A stretch of DNA of 64,000 nucleotides from Balanoglossus misakiensis. Its lineage: Eukaryota > Animalia > Hemichordata. A program made the position numbers and the translations under genes. The stretch spans positions 10,436,461 through 10,500,460 of the forward strand of contig CM082596.2 in assembly GCA_040954595.2 (NCBI GenBank). The letters run 5' to 3'. A model generated the notes under the pieces. That model worked only from the letters and a program-made list of their open reading frames with translations, searched no databases and had not been told where the DNA came from. This document shows, piece after piece, positions 39,351 through 51,467 of this stretch; position 1 is the stretch's first letter; every line of letters begins with the position of its first letter.

Positions 39351-42300
39351 ATGGAGAGGGTTGCTGAACTGTGTTGCAACACTTGTTGCAAGCAGTTCAC
39401 CAAAGCAAGTAACATAAAGAGACACCTGGAGAGTTCCAGTCACATCATTGAAGAGAAACGACAAGCAATGGAAGACAATCAATGTAGCATCGGAAATAAT
39501 AGTCAGAGTGAGGTATGTGTTTTAAACACTGCAAATTGTAGATGTCAAGAAAATTTTAAAACATTAGATCAGACGAATTATAAAGCTAGCACACCTGGAA
39601 ATTGTTTATTATATGTCTGGTGTGAGGAGTTAGTGATATGTGTCAGTCAATATTTTCACTAACATAGAAATTTTCTTATTGGAAATGCACAACTACATGT
39701 ACATTCCTGGTGGAATTTCACATCCCTTATTTAATTTTTCTTGAAGGATGAGGATCTAATGTTGAATAGTACACAGGATTCTGAAGATACACAAAAAAGC
39801 ATGGATGAATCTTGGAAATGTAAGTTCTACAAGTGTCTGTTTGCACATTGTTATACATCATTTATCTTTTTAAAAAAGGACCAAAACAAAAGGTATGCAT
39901 AAAAATGAATAGTTCATTGTAAATCATTAAAATTAATGATGATTAGTGTCAATCATTTCACAGAACTGTCTCTTGATATTTTTTTTCAGATTCATTAGAG
40001 CCTTAGAAATGCAAAACTTCTTTTCCAAAATATAACTTTTGTGTTGGTATTAAATAATGTCGGTAACTGTTTAGGGCCAAACTTTCTGTATCAAATGTAA
40101 AGAAATGACTTGAAATATTTTGACAGTCTCCATGAGAATTACTTTATTTTTGTCAACATGTTTACAAATTTCTCTTTGTAGTTATATGTGATGATGAACA
40201 ACAAAACATGCACGATTATGACATGCATGATATTAATGATGGTGATGATGATGATGTTGAAGATGATCACAGCGATGATGATGGTGATGATGATGAAAGT
40301 GGAGAAGATGATGGAAATGCGTCTAATCAAGATGACTCCTTCTATCCATTTAAAAATGCCACAGAAGTTGAATTAGCGCTACTTGTACATGGACCCCATC
40401 CCATTGTAAGTGCGTTCTTTTTAAAGGGATACGTTTTTTTATTTGTTGTGATTTATGGCAGTAGTCAAAAGAACATGGCCTGTGTTGATGGTGATTTATC
40501 CTTAAATCTTTTGGTTTTCTCTTAGGGTTCAAGTACATTAAAATATGTGTGGTACCTGTTGAAAAAACGCGACCCTACGATCCCGTCCCTTAAATACAGG
40601 AAATCTTAAATCAGGAAAATTGTAAATAATCTACCTGGATATATGTCACCTCAGAAGGTATGTTTGTGTTTATTGCCTGAATACATTGGTTATGGGCCTG
40701 AGCACAGGGAGTCATTTGCCTCAAGCAGGATAGCAAGTGGACACCTGTCGTGATGGTCTACAAACTATGTATTCAGACAATTTTTTTTTAATTACAAGTT
40801 TATGGATAGATATAGTTGAATTGGTGTGAAGTAAGTTTCAGGTCAGTTTGTGGGTAAGTGATAGAAAACAATGTGGTGTGAGATTTCTATATAGGACTGG
40901 AGGCATGTACAATATCTTCCTACAGTAAATTCCCAGTAGCTCATTATGTTTAATCTCCTTACATGTATTTTTAGTTAAGTATGGAGATAAAAGGGAGACT
41001 TCATGTAGCAGACATACAAATATATTGCAAAATTTTGATCGGTGTATCTCACTCATTTCCCAACTGAGTAAGTTTGAACATTGTCGTGTCAGGATAGATA
41101 TGTGCAACTGTAAAACAAAACATATTTTTTAAATTTACAACCCCAGTTCATGATTTTTTTGTAGTACACAACACCAACAGGGAACGATTTCTACTACTTA
41201 TCTATTATTAAACAAATACGAATGCGTCTTGGTACACCAAAAGTAGCAGCAGGTTTACATCGACACTATGAGAAGCTGTCATCTGGTAACATAAGGTATG
41301 AATATTTTTTCCCATGAAAATAGGGAGGTCTATTCGTTCTGAGCATACTGTTTTTCTAGAACACCTTATCCAAACATGTTGTTTACACAGTCTCTTACCA
41401 AGAATTACTGATAAAAATAGTAGCAACAAGTTGCTTATGGTAAAGTACCGATAGTAGAGTTGTTTCACTGTCATACTTGGAGATCATGTTAGTTTACAAT
41501 TTACCAGCAGTTATTGGTAATGTGTATTCACATCGATTTTTTTATTCCAGTGAGCTGTTCCAGGGTGACAAATGGGGTAGGAATAAACAATTTGTATCAC
41601 CAATGGTGCGCATGGCAGACATAGATTATTATGTTGGTGATTTTGTATATGCAGATGTCAATGATGGGATAAAGTTGTTTTGCATCATAGATTTCTTTAT
41701 TGAGGTAAGTCAGGAGTATATTTTGTCAAATATAGTCATTATAATATGTTCATGTTTTCACCCACAATGCATTGTTATATGAATATTGATGATTAGCCGA
41801 CCTCTTTCACAGACCGACTGTTTCTGATAGTGAATATTTGATTGTGTTATTTTTTTTCTGTTTCCTTCCTGATACTTTGTTAAAGTAGACAGCAACATTG
41901 CCGACAAAGTCAATCTTCTTTTATGTGATAGATCCGGTCTCTGGAACACGTTTGATTGCAAAATATTTCTCTTTTTTGCACTATGATTTGCGTATGATTA
42001 GAATAGCATAGAATATTCTTTGTATTTCTTTAAAGGTGAATGATGATTCACAAGAGAGCATGATGAGCCGAGTAAAGCTATGTAAAGAAGAGGGGCAAAA
42101 AATAGTTTTCTATGGAACAGAAAGGATATTTGTTGGAAACTTCAGAAATCACTATACCGGGAGGATCACTAAAGAAAATGTTGGCTTCACCCGGCGTGGG
42201 GGTGAACTCTACAGAATTGACAACAAGGTAAGTTTTATGCTACAAATGAGCCTCATTGCTTTTTTGTGTTCTGTTTGGTATAGAAGTCATTGTCATTTGT

Positions 42301-45300
42301 GTTTTCATAAGTACCCCTTAAAGCTAACATAGAATTTATTGGTTTTTATATTATCTGTTTCAAGCTACATGGTGGCATGGTTTGAAGTCTCTACCCTAAG
42401 TTCTGTCAAATAAACTACATGTAGTTACTGACGACACATGCTGATTTGAACTTACAAAGCATAATCATAACAAGTGTGGTCATTACAGCTCTAATTCCCA
42501 TATTTACAATTTGCAATTTTTTTCCCCTAGAGACAATCGACCTGCTGGTAGCAGGCCACCCAGTGAAACAGAAAAGTGGGGGAAAACCTGTCGTCCTGGC
42601 ACCCCTTATCCTCTTTTCGGATGATGTTGGTGCCACTACAACCCACAAATGGCACCCATTGAGTGTTTGGTTGTCGATGATGGCAGGATTACCAAACAAA
42701 GAAAACAACAACCTTGTCAATCTAAATTACTACACGTCATCAGATAACGTAGATGCGATGGAATTAACAAAACCATTGGTTACAGAAATGAAATTATTAG
42801 AGAGTCAGGGAATAGTTGCATATGATGCCTATATGATGTGCGAAGTACTGTTTTTTTCACCACTTCTTGTTGTACTAGGAGACAGCGTTCGTCAATCCGA
42901 GATTGTTAGTCATCTTGGTACAAGTAGCCGATTGTTTTGTCGTTTGTGTGATGTAAGTTCATTGTTTGGTGCTCTAAGTTTAAGAGGATTCCTGAAGTAT
43001 CACAGTATCAGAATGTATATAACTTTCAAGATGTGGAACTTCGGGCATGAGGAGTGTTACACTTTTGTCAAAGTAACCTATCAGTGTTGTAAAAGTTAGA
43101 CAAATGCAATCTCCTCTCCAAAATATCAAAATTAATGATAAAGGACATTACCACTAATGCTTTGATAAATGTCCTACTAGTTTAAAAGGAAAATTTCATG
43201 ATGTATATAAAGAACCACAATGTAGCTGCTTCAGTATATCTCCAAGATAATACTAACTTACTAAATAATGTTCATACTTAGGTTGATAAAAACGTCATTT
43301 GTGACGAGCCATTGAAGCTTGGTAACATCAGAGAGAAGACTATGACACTGAATGCACTGCAGGAAATTAGAGGGAACCATTCTGAGAAGTAGGTCATAAA
43401 TACATTCATTGCATGCATATAAATGTACATTAACTGAAAATATAAATTAAGACCATTTTCTTGTAATTTTTAGCTACCGTTTGGCATATATATACACCAG
43501 AGTGAGATTATGTGAGTAGTCAGTGGCATCTGTATGTCTGTATGTTTATGTCCAAGTCTGTAACCAACTTCCAACAAATGGGAGCACATGCATTCTTCTT
43601 GATGCTATTTTTCTACATTTTAAGTCATTATGCAGACATGCAGGAATAGCAGCCAAAGTAATAATAATCTCCTTTTTTGTACTGTATTTAATAGGGACAG
43701 GAAGCTTCTAAGAACTAAATTTGGCGTACAGGAGAAGGAAAACCCCCTCATGGAAGGAGAACTGATGGCTTTCCGAGGAAATCTGTTAGTATACTTGCTA
43801 TATCAAAGGATTTAAACACCAAATTCCAGTTTACAAAGTGAATTATGAGTCAGAGAACGGTTTTTATTTTGAGTAAGCGTCACACTTGTGTGAGGAGTAC
43901 AACATTGTGGTCCCTGTTTTCCTATTAAAAATAAACTTCAGGCATAGTGATTAGTGAGAAATCTCTCACTGCATTTGAGATCAGGTAGATTTCAGGATTT
44001 CAATATTGAATATTGACTTTTTTTATAAACTGTTGTGTGGACACATACAGTATACCAAATACCAAAACAACTGTTTTTGCTAACTTTTTTTTTTTAAATT
44101 TTGACAGAGACACTCCATATGAAAGATTGCACTCATTTTTACTTGGTACTGTGAAAGACTTGAGTATCTTGACATTTAGTTCTCTCACTAATGAGCAGAA
44201 AGATGCCATTGATCTGAAATTAAAGGTAAACCTTATATATTGTGTCAGTATTTTTATGATGGAAGTTGCCTTCTTTTGAAATTAGTATGGCTGTTTATGT
44301 TGTGTGTTTGATGTTTTATACCTCATGTATATCAATCTGAAGTTGCAATATTTACCAATCTTGACATATGGTTATTTCATAACAATATCTTTGCCATTGA
44401 TCTCATGAAAATACTGGACCAAAACGTAGTGCCAATTTGAACAGAGTTAAAAAAAAACACAGTTTAAAGTGCTGCTGCTAATGAAACAATTCAAAACCCC
44501 TAAAAAGTTGCAGCCTTTGACTCAATAGGGCTATAATGTCATTAATTTATCTCAGTTGTAACATTATTTTAGATGGGAGTCATTGTACCATCTCACTCTG
44601 TATAGAGATATGATCCAGTGTAACTTCTGTCTTATTGTTATCTCTCATGTTGGATCAACCAATGAATCAATTTCTCATTATTTTAGTCATATGACTGGAC
44701 ATCCCATGGGAGTCGACTGTGCAGTATTGCGTCATGCAAGTCTTTTGTAGGAAGAGAGTTTAGACTGTGGGCTCAAGTTGGTGTGTTTCTCTTGCATGAA
44801 TATTTATCTGAGGGTAAACGAAGACTTTGGCACCTTCTAACAGAGGTAATTCAGACCTTTTTAATGTTTTATTTTGAATCTACTCTCTACTTCTGACATG
44901 GTGCTAGTTCCAATGCATGTCATCAGATCTTCCCAGTCAGGTTTTCATTACACATTTGTATAATCATATCTTTCTTATTAAATCTTGTTGCATTTTATGT
45001 TACTCAGAATCAAACATGTGATGTATGTTGCATTGTAGATATTATGTGAGATGTATCAACCGACAGTTGAACAAAACAGCTTGGACAATTTGCAACGTGT
45101 TATCCAGGCTTTCATGTTATTGGCCAAAGACGAACACCCTGGCCTACTGAAGAAGTCAAAAACTCACATGCTTCTACATTTGCCAAGATATATGAGAGAC
45201 TTTGGACCGTCAAGATGCTACTGCACTGAAAGGTGATCAGTTTACTACATCATCACACCACTGCCATCATTGATGAAATGTTGCAAACTTGATTTTATGA

Positions 45301-47682
45301 ACTTTCAAGCATTTTCTAGTTTTTGACAGTGGCACGAATTTCGAAATGAAGTAGAAAAACTTTGCAATGTATTTTTTCTCTATCCAAGTTGCAACACTAA
45401 CAAATAGTTCACTACATTTGTTCAAGGACTGTAATATATCAAGGTTCGTTCATATTACCACATACATGCTCAAAAGTTATATACTTATGTTATTTTCAGA
45501 TGTGAACAGTTCATGGGAGTTGTAAGATCAAGGTGCATCTTTAGTAATTACCGAAATATCTCAAAGGATGTTACACATGCCTTTGGAAAGCTAATGACTC
45601 TGGACTTCATCATGAGAGGAGGAATCTGGCAAGAAGGCAAAAAAAACATGTAAGTTGAAAGGCTATCAGAACTCTTTCTACGTAGACACAAAATTATTTG
45701 ATTGCACGATTTTGATTGAGTTGAGATTTTTCTTTTCTTTTCAAAATGTTTGATAGTTCGACATTGTATTTGACCTGAGCATCATGATCAACAGCAAAAT
45801 TTTAACAATCCAATCAATGCTGTATGGCAACATTTAGAATTACTTGATCACTTATCTTTAAAATGATTCATTCATTGATTCATTTGGGGTTATTTGACAT
45901 GAAATATTACATCAGGCATCCAACTTTGGTCATTCTGACATTTTCAGTATCAGTCTTAGTAAAATTGTAATTTCCCTAACTCAACATTCACAGGCATTAT
46001 ATTTATTCTAGCTATGATTCTAGTCAATTACCGGCACTGCCATCATATGAGTATAAATTCTCTTCATTTATAATTTCCTCTTGTAGGCACTGCGGGCCAA
46101 AATTAAGAGACATGTACGAAGCGAGCTACATACAGAGATTTCTCAATAGAAATTGCAACATGCATGTCAGGACACATGGTGAACTTGCATTGGTATGTTG
46201 TCTTCAGGCTTATTTTTACAAGAGGTACATGCACTTTCATGACCGCATGTAAGTGTGAAATGAGAGTAAAGCTAACCTGTGCAATACACATATCATTAGG
46301 TACTGCAGAGGTTGTCAGTGCCTGCAGTTGAAATCCTTGGGGGGGGGGGATAATTAGTGTTTTGTGATATGCCACAAATAAAGAAACATTTATATGATCA
46401 TCATGCATGAACTATATCATCGACAATGACTTGTTTACCAATACATACAGGTGTGTTTATCATGAAATTTTGTAGGGTTGATCACGTAGTTTTATAGGTT
46501 ACTATTAACTAAGTCATCAAACACAACACATTCCTGTCTTTTCAAATCATTTCGTAAGTGAAGGAAGTTTTATCGTACTGCTGTTTTATTTTAACTTTAT
46601 TATTGTAACATTTTTTTCATTTCTCATTCTAGAGAAGTCATGAGGAACAAAATATGGAGGAAGAGGAGCTAACAGCACTTAAGAGGTCTTTAATTAAGCA
46701 ATAAGCCCCACCGAAGGCAGTTATTTTTAGTCCATGTTGATTTCTATTGTTGTGGCAGTGGTTCAATAATACTATACAAACCAATTTTGCACTTTTGTCA
46801 TAGGGTGACAGGAGAAACAATCGAAAACGTGGAGCATTATGGAGGTGTACGTGCAGGAGGTAGACTAGTGAAGGTTGGACATAATGCTATGTACAGGACT
46901 GAATTGTCAAATGTAAGTAACTATGAAATTACAAACCATGTTGTGTGTTTGTGTAAAATAAATATTTGGTGTGATCCATAAGATTTAATCAAACAATGGC
47001 AAATCCAGAATATAAATAAAGCAAGTGTATGGCAGCATAAATACACCCAGTATACCATTCATCCATTGTTCAATTGCCAATTTGTTGTGTATATATATGT
47101 ACCCGGTAACAGTTGCATTATTCTTTTTACCCTTTAAGCAACTACAGATTCTTGTACAATTCCTTATCCCTTCACCCCAGTTCCCTCTATAGAGGTCCAA
47201 TTCTACCATTTAAAACAACAAATTTGGACCAAACCATACATAGACATTGTGCAGTTTCTCTGCACCAGACAGAATCCTTGGCAGTTTTGTGTTTTTACGG
47301 CATGTTGATTTCTATTATTTTCAAGGATAGATGTATTCTAATGAAGGATATTTGACTCCCTTTTTTTAAACAGGTAGCCTATGGAATTGTCAGGAAGTGT
47401 GTGGCAGTAGACGGGAAGTCCGTTATTGTTATACAGAAATTTATTGATATACAGAGATTTTGTTCATATAACTGTAAGGTGCTGAAACTAGTTGGTGATA
47501 TTGAATGTTTTGAATCCAAGAGCTTGATAGGACATGCATGTATCCAACACATATGTGAGAAGACTACATGTAGAGTTGTCACAACTCATAAAATGAATCA
47601 AATCATGCGCATAAAGAAATTCCAACATAATAAATTATATTCATTCTACCGATTAAACAAATATTTTATTGGCAATCACTAA
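39351..47682 (+). pseudogene. EnSpm/CMC-type DDE transposase gene, 18 coding exons, ~960 aa, N-terminal C2H2 zinc finger; this copy is disrupted by an in-frame stop
   Basis: Exons 39351-39512, 39747-39819, 40182-40405, 40526-40657, 41165-41295, 41551-41704, 42036-42227, ~42533-42952, 43282-43388, 43695-43784, 44108-44225, 44687-44845, 45039-45232, 45500-45649, 46087-46192, 46633-46685, 46804-46912, 47374-47682 with matching phases. Motifs: CNTCCKQFTKASNIKRHLESSSH, acidic tract, FYPF, SELFQGDKW, PLILFSDD, VLGDS..SHLG...FCRLC, DTPYERLHSFLLG, SFVGREFR, KTHMLLHLP...FGP...TERCE, terminal QHIC. TAA at 40607-40609 in exon 4; exon 8 acceptor is atypical; AATAAA at 47714. Confidence 0.85.
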
Positions 47683-47849
47683 AGTAGATATTATTTTTAT
47701 ATGTAAGCAGGGAAATAAAGCATTTTAACTAATACACTGTATGAATAAGTAAGTGTTCATTTGTGTATTTTGACGAGTGAAAAGTAAGATTGTTACTGTA
47801 TTCAATCCAACAGCAAAATAAAACAGATGTATGTGACATGGATGAGAAT

Positions 47850-48335
47850 ATAAGGGCTGTTACAGGGGTGAATGAAAAAGGGCTGGTACATGGCTGTACA
47901 CATAGCTGCTACAGCTATTCTAAAAAATAGGCCTGGTACAGGGCTGAAAGAATGTATGTGCCAGGGGCTGTCAATATCAGGACCCCTCCATAGATAATTC
48001 ACACAGGGCTGGTACAGGGCTGTGCACATCCCTGTACCAGTAATGTGAACACACACAGCTGGTACATAGGTGTTGACTATACCCCTGGTGCAGTATGTGT
48101 CAGTTTACACCCCCGCTACGTAAATATACCACACAGCCCTGGTACAGAGGTGATTTCACACATCACTGGTACAGGGATGTGTGACACAGCCCTGTACCAG
48201 GGATGTGTAAAAATCACCCCTGTAACAGGGCTGTCAGACACATTAATGGTACAGGGGTGTGCTCCTCAAAGCCGTACTAGGATGTCAGCACAGCCCTAGT
48301 ACATGGATGTGCACATCCTAGTACATGGGTGTGTC
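47850..48335. repeat. Right subterminal repeat region of the EnSpm-like element
   Basis: Many copies of CACAGCCCTGTAC / GTACAGGGCTG in both orientations (e.g. ~47936, ~48011, ~48132, ~48185, ~48289); same core as at the left end. Confidence 0.88.
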
Positions 48336-48347
48336 GGGTCCCCTGTG
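48336..48347 (-). repeat. Right terminal inverted repeat GGGTCCCCTGTG
   Basis: Inverted match to the left end; immediately followed by TA and resumption of the satellite monomer. Confidence 0.85.
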
Positions 48348-51300
48348 TACGGCTCACGAAAATCGTCAAAAAATGACAATTTTTCAACTTTTCGAAAGTT
48401 CAAAATTTTATGCATTTTTTGAAAAAAAATCATGGGTCACGGCTCACGAAAAAAGTCCAAAAATGACAATTTTTCGACTTTGCGAAAGTTCAAAATTTCC
48501 TTTTTTCGAAAAAATCATGGATCACGGCTCACGAAAATCGTCCAAAAATGACAATTTTTCGACTTTATGAAAGTTAAAATTGACAATTTTTCGACTTTAC
48601 GAAAGTTCAAAATTTCCTTTTTTTGAAAAAAAATCATGGGTCACGGCTCACGAAAATCGTCCAAAAATGACAATTTTTTCGACTTTGCGAAAGTTCTAAA
48701 TTTCTGCATTTTTTTTAAAAAAATCATGGGTCACGGCTCACGAAAATCGTCCAAAAATGACAATTTTTCGACTTTGCGAAAGTTCAAAATTTCCTTTTTT
48801 GTAAAAAATCATGGGTCACGGCTCACGAAAATCATCCAAAAATGAAAATTTTTTGACTTTGCGAAAGTTCAAAATTTCTTCATTTTTTGAAAAACATCAT
48901 GGGTTACGGCTCACGAAAATCGTCCAAAAATGACAATTTTTCTACTTTGCGAAAGTTCAAAATTTCCTTTTTTTGAAAAAAAATCATGGGTCACGGCTCA
49001 CGAAAATCGTCCAAAAATGACAATTTTTCGACTTTGCGAAATTCAAAATTTCTGCATTTTTTTTTGAAAAAGATCATGGGTCACGGCTCACGAAAATCGT
49101 CCAAAAATGACAATTTTTCTACTTTGCGAAAGTTCAAAATTTCTGCATTTTTTGAAAAAAAATCATGGGTTACGGCTCACGAAAATCGTCAAAAAATGAC
49201 AATTTTTCAACTTTTCGAAAGTTCAAAATTTTATGCATTTTTTGAAAAAAAATCATGGGTTACGGCTCACGAAAATCGTCAAAAAATGACAATTTTTCAA
49301 CTTTTCGAAAGTTCAAAATTTTATGCATTTTTTGAAAAAAAATCATGGGTTACGGCTCACGAAAATCGTCAAAAAATGACAATTTTTCAACTTTTCGAAA
49401 GTTCAAAATTTTATGCATTTTTTGAAAAAAAATCATGGGTCACGGCTCACGAAAAAAGTCCAAAAATGACAATTTTTCGACTTTGCGAAAGTTGAAAATT
49501 TCCTTTTTTCGAAAAAAATCATGGATCACGGCTCACGAAAATCGTCCAAAAATGACAATTTTTCTACTTTACGAAAGTTCAAAATTTCTTCATTTTTTGA
49601 AAAAAAATCATGGGTTATGGCTCACGAAAATCGTCCAAAAATGACAATTTTTCGACTTTATGAAAGTTAAAAATTTCTGCATTTTTTGAAAAAATCATGG
49701 GTTACGGATCACGAAAATCATCCAAAAATGAAAATTTTTCGACTTTATGAAAGTTCAAAATTTCTTCATTTTTTGAAAAAAAATCATGGGTTATGGCTCA
49801 CGAAAATCGTCCAAAAATGACAATTTTTCGACTTTATGAAAGTTAAAAATTTCTGCATTTTTTGAAAAAATCATGGGTTACGGATCACGAAAATCATCCA
49901 AAAATGAAAATTTTTCGACTTTATGAAAGTTCAAAATTTCAGCATTCTTTGAAAAAATCATGGGTTACGGCTCACGAAAATCGTCAAAAAATGACAATTT
50001 TTCAACTTTTCGAAAGTTTAAAATTTTATGCATTTTTTGAAAAAAAATCATGGGTCACGGCTCACGAAAATAGTCCAAAAATGACAATTTTTCGACTTTA
50101 CTAAAGTTCAAAATTTCCTTTTTTTGAAAAAAAATCATGGGTCACGGCTCACGAAAATCGTCCAAAAATGACAATTTTTTCGACTTTGCGAAAGTTCTAA
50201 ATTTCTGCATTTTTTTGAAAAAAATCATGGGTCACGGCTCACGAAAATCATCCAAAAATGAAAATTTTTTGACTTTGCGAAAGTTCAAAATTTCTTCATT
50301 TTTTGAAAAACATCATGGGTTACGGCTCACGAAAATCGTCCAAAAATGACAATTTTTCGACTTAGCGAAAGTTCAAAATTTCTGCATGTTTTTGAAAAAA
50401 ATCATGGGTCACGGCTCACGAAAATCGTCCAAAAATGACAAGTTTTCGTCTTTGCGAAAGTTCCAAATTTCTGAATTTTTTGAAAAAATCATGGGTCACG
50501 GCTCACGAAAATCGTCCAAAAATGACAATTTTTCGACTTTGCGAAAGTTCAAAATTTCCTTTTTTTGAAAAAAATCATGGGTCACGGCTCACGAAAATCG
50601 TCCAAAAATGACAATTTTTCGACTTTGCGAAAGTTCAAAATTTCTGCATTTTTTGAAAAATAATCATGGGTCACGGCTCACGAAAATCGTCAAAAAATGA
50701 CAATTTTTCAACTTTATGAAAGTTCAAAATTTTATGCATTTTTTGAAAAAAAATCATGGGTCACGGCTCACGAAAATCGTCCAAAAATGACAATTTTTCG
50801 ACTTTGCGAAAGTTCAAAATTTCCTTTTTTTGAAAAAAATCATGGGTCACGGCTCACGAAAATCGTCCAAAATGACAATTTTTCGACTTTGCGAAAGTTC
50901 AAAATTTCTGCATTTTTTGAAAAAAAGCATGGGTCACGGCTCACGAAAATCGTCCAAAAATGACAATTTTTCGACTTTATGAAAGTTCAAAATTTCCTTT
51001 TTTGTAAAAAATCATGGGTCACGGCTCACGAAAATCGTCCAAAAATGAAAATTTTTCGACTTTGCGAAAGTTCAAAATTTCTTCATTTTTTGAAAAAAAA
51101 AGTATGGGTTACGGCTCATGAAAATCGCCCAAAAAACAATTTTTGGACTTTGCGAAAGTTCAAAATTTCTTCATTTTTTCAAAAAATCATGGGTTACGGA
51201 TCACGAAAATCGTCCAAAAATGACAATTTTTCGACTTTGCGAACGTTCAAAAGTTCTGCATTTTTTGAAAAAAAAGTATGGGTTACGGCTCATGAAAATC

Positions 51301-51467
51301 GTCCAAAAAAAACAAATTTTGGACTTTGCGAAAGTTCAAAATTTCTTCATTTTTTGAAAAAATCATGGGTTAAGGCTCACGAAAATCGTCCACAAATGAC
51401 AATTTTTCGACTTTGCGAAAGTTCAAAATTTCTGCATTTTTGAAAAAAATCATGGGTCACGGCTCAC
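48348..51467 (+). repeat. ~88-bp satellite, right part and end of array
   Basis: Same monomer, orientation and variant set as before the insertion; ends at ...GGTCACGGCTCAC. Confidence 0.97.

Larger units (their letters stand above)
33733..48347 (+). mobile_element. CMC/EnSpm (CACTA-like) DNA transposon, ~14.6 kb, full length, inserted into the satellite
   Basis: Satellite monomer CATGGGT-TA-CGGCTCACG is split: ...GGGT TA|CACAGGAAACCC ... GGGTCCCCTGTG|TA CGGCTCACG. 2-bp TSD TA (33731-32, 48348-49), imperfect 12-bp TIRs starting CAC, subterminal repeats at both ends, internal EnSpm-type DDE transposase gene. Confidence 0.92.

Noticed and set aside
39351-47682. Ordinary host gene or domesticated transposase
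   Set aside because: Enclosed by TIRs, TSD and subterminal repeats within a satellite, and carries a premature stop.
33731-48350. 3-bp TSD (TAC), or Tc1/mariner assignment because of the TA target
   Set aside because: A TAC duplication makes the ends asymmetric, whereas TA gives CACAGG/CCTGTG; the transposase motifs and subterminal repeats are EnSpm/CMC-like, not DD34E/D.
1-51467. CRISPR-like repeat array
   Set aside because: No unique spacers (the whole monomer repeats), no cas genes, and the context is eukaryotic with spliceosomal introns.
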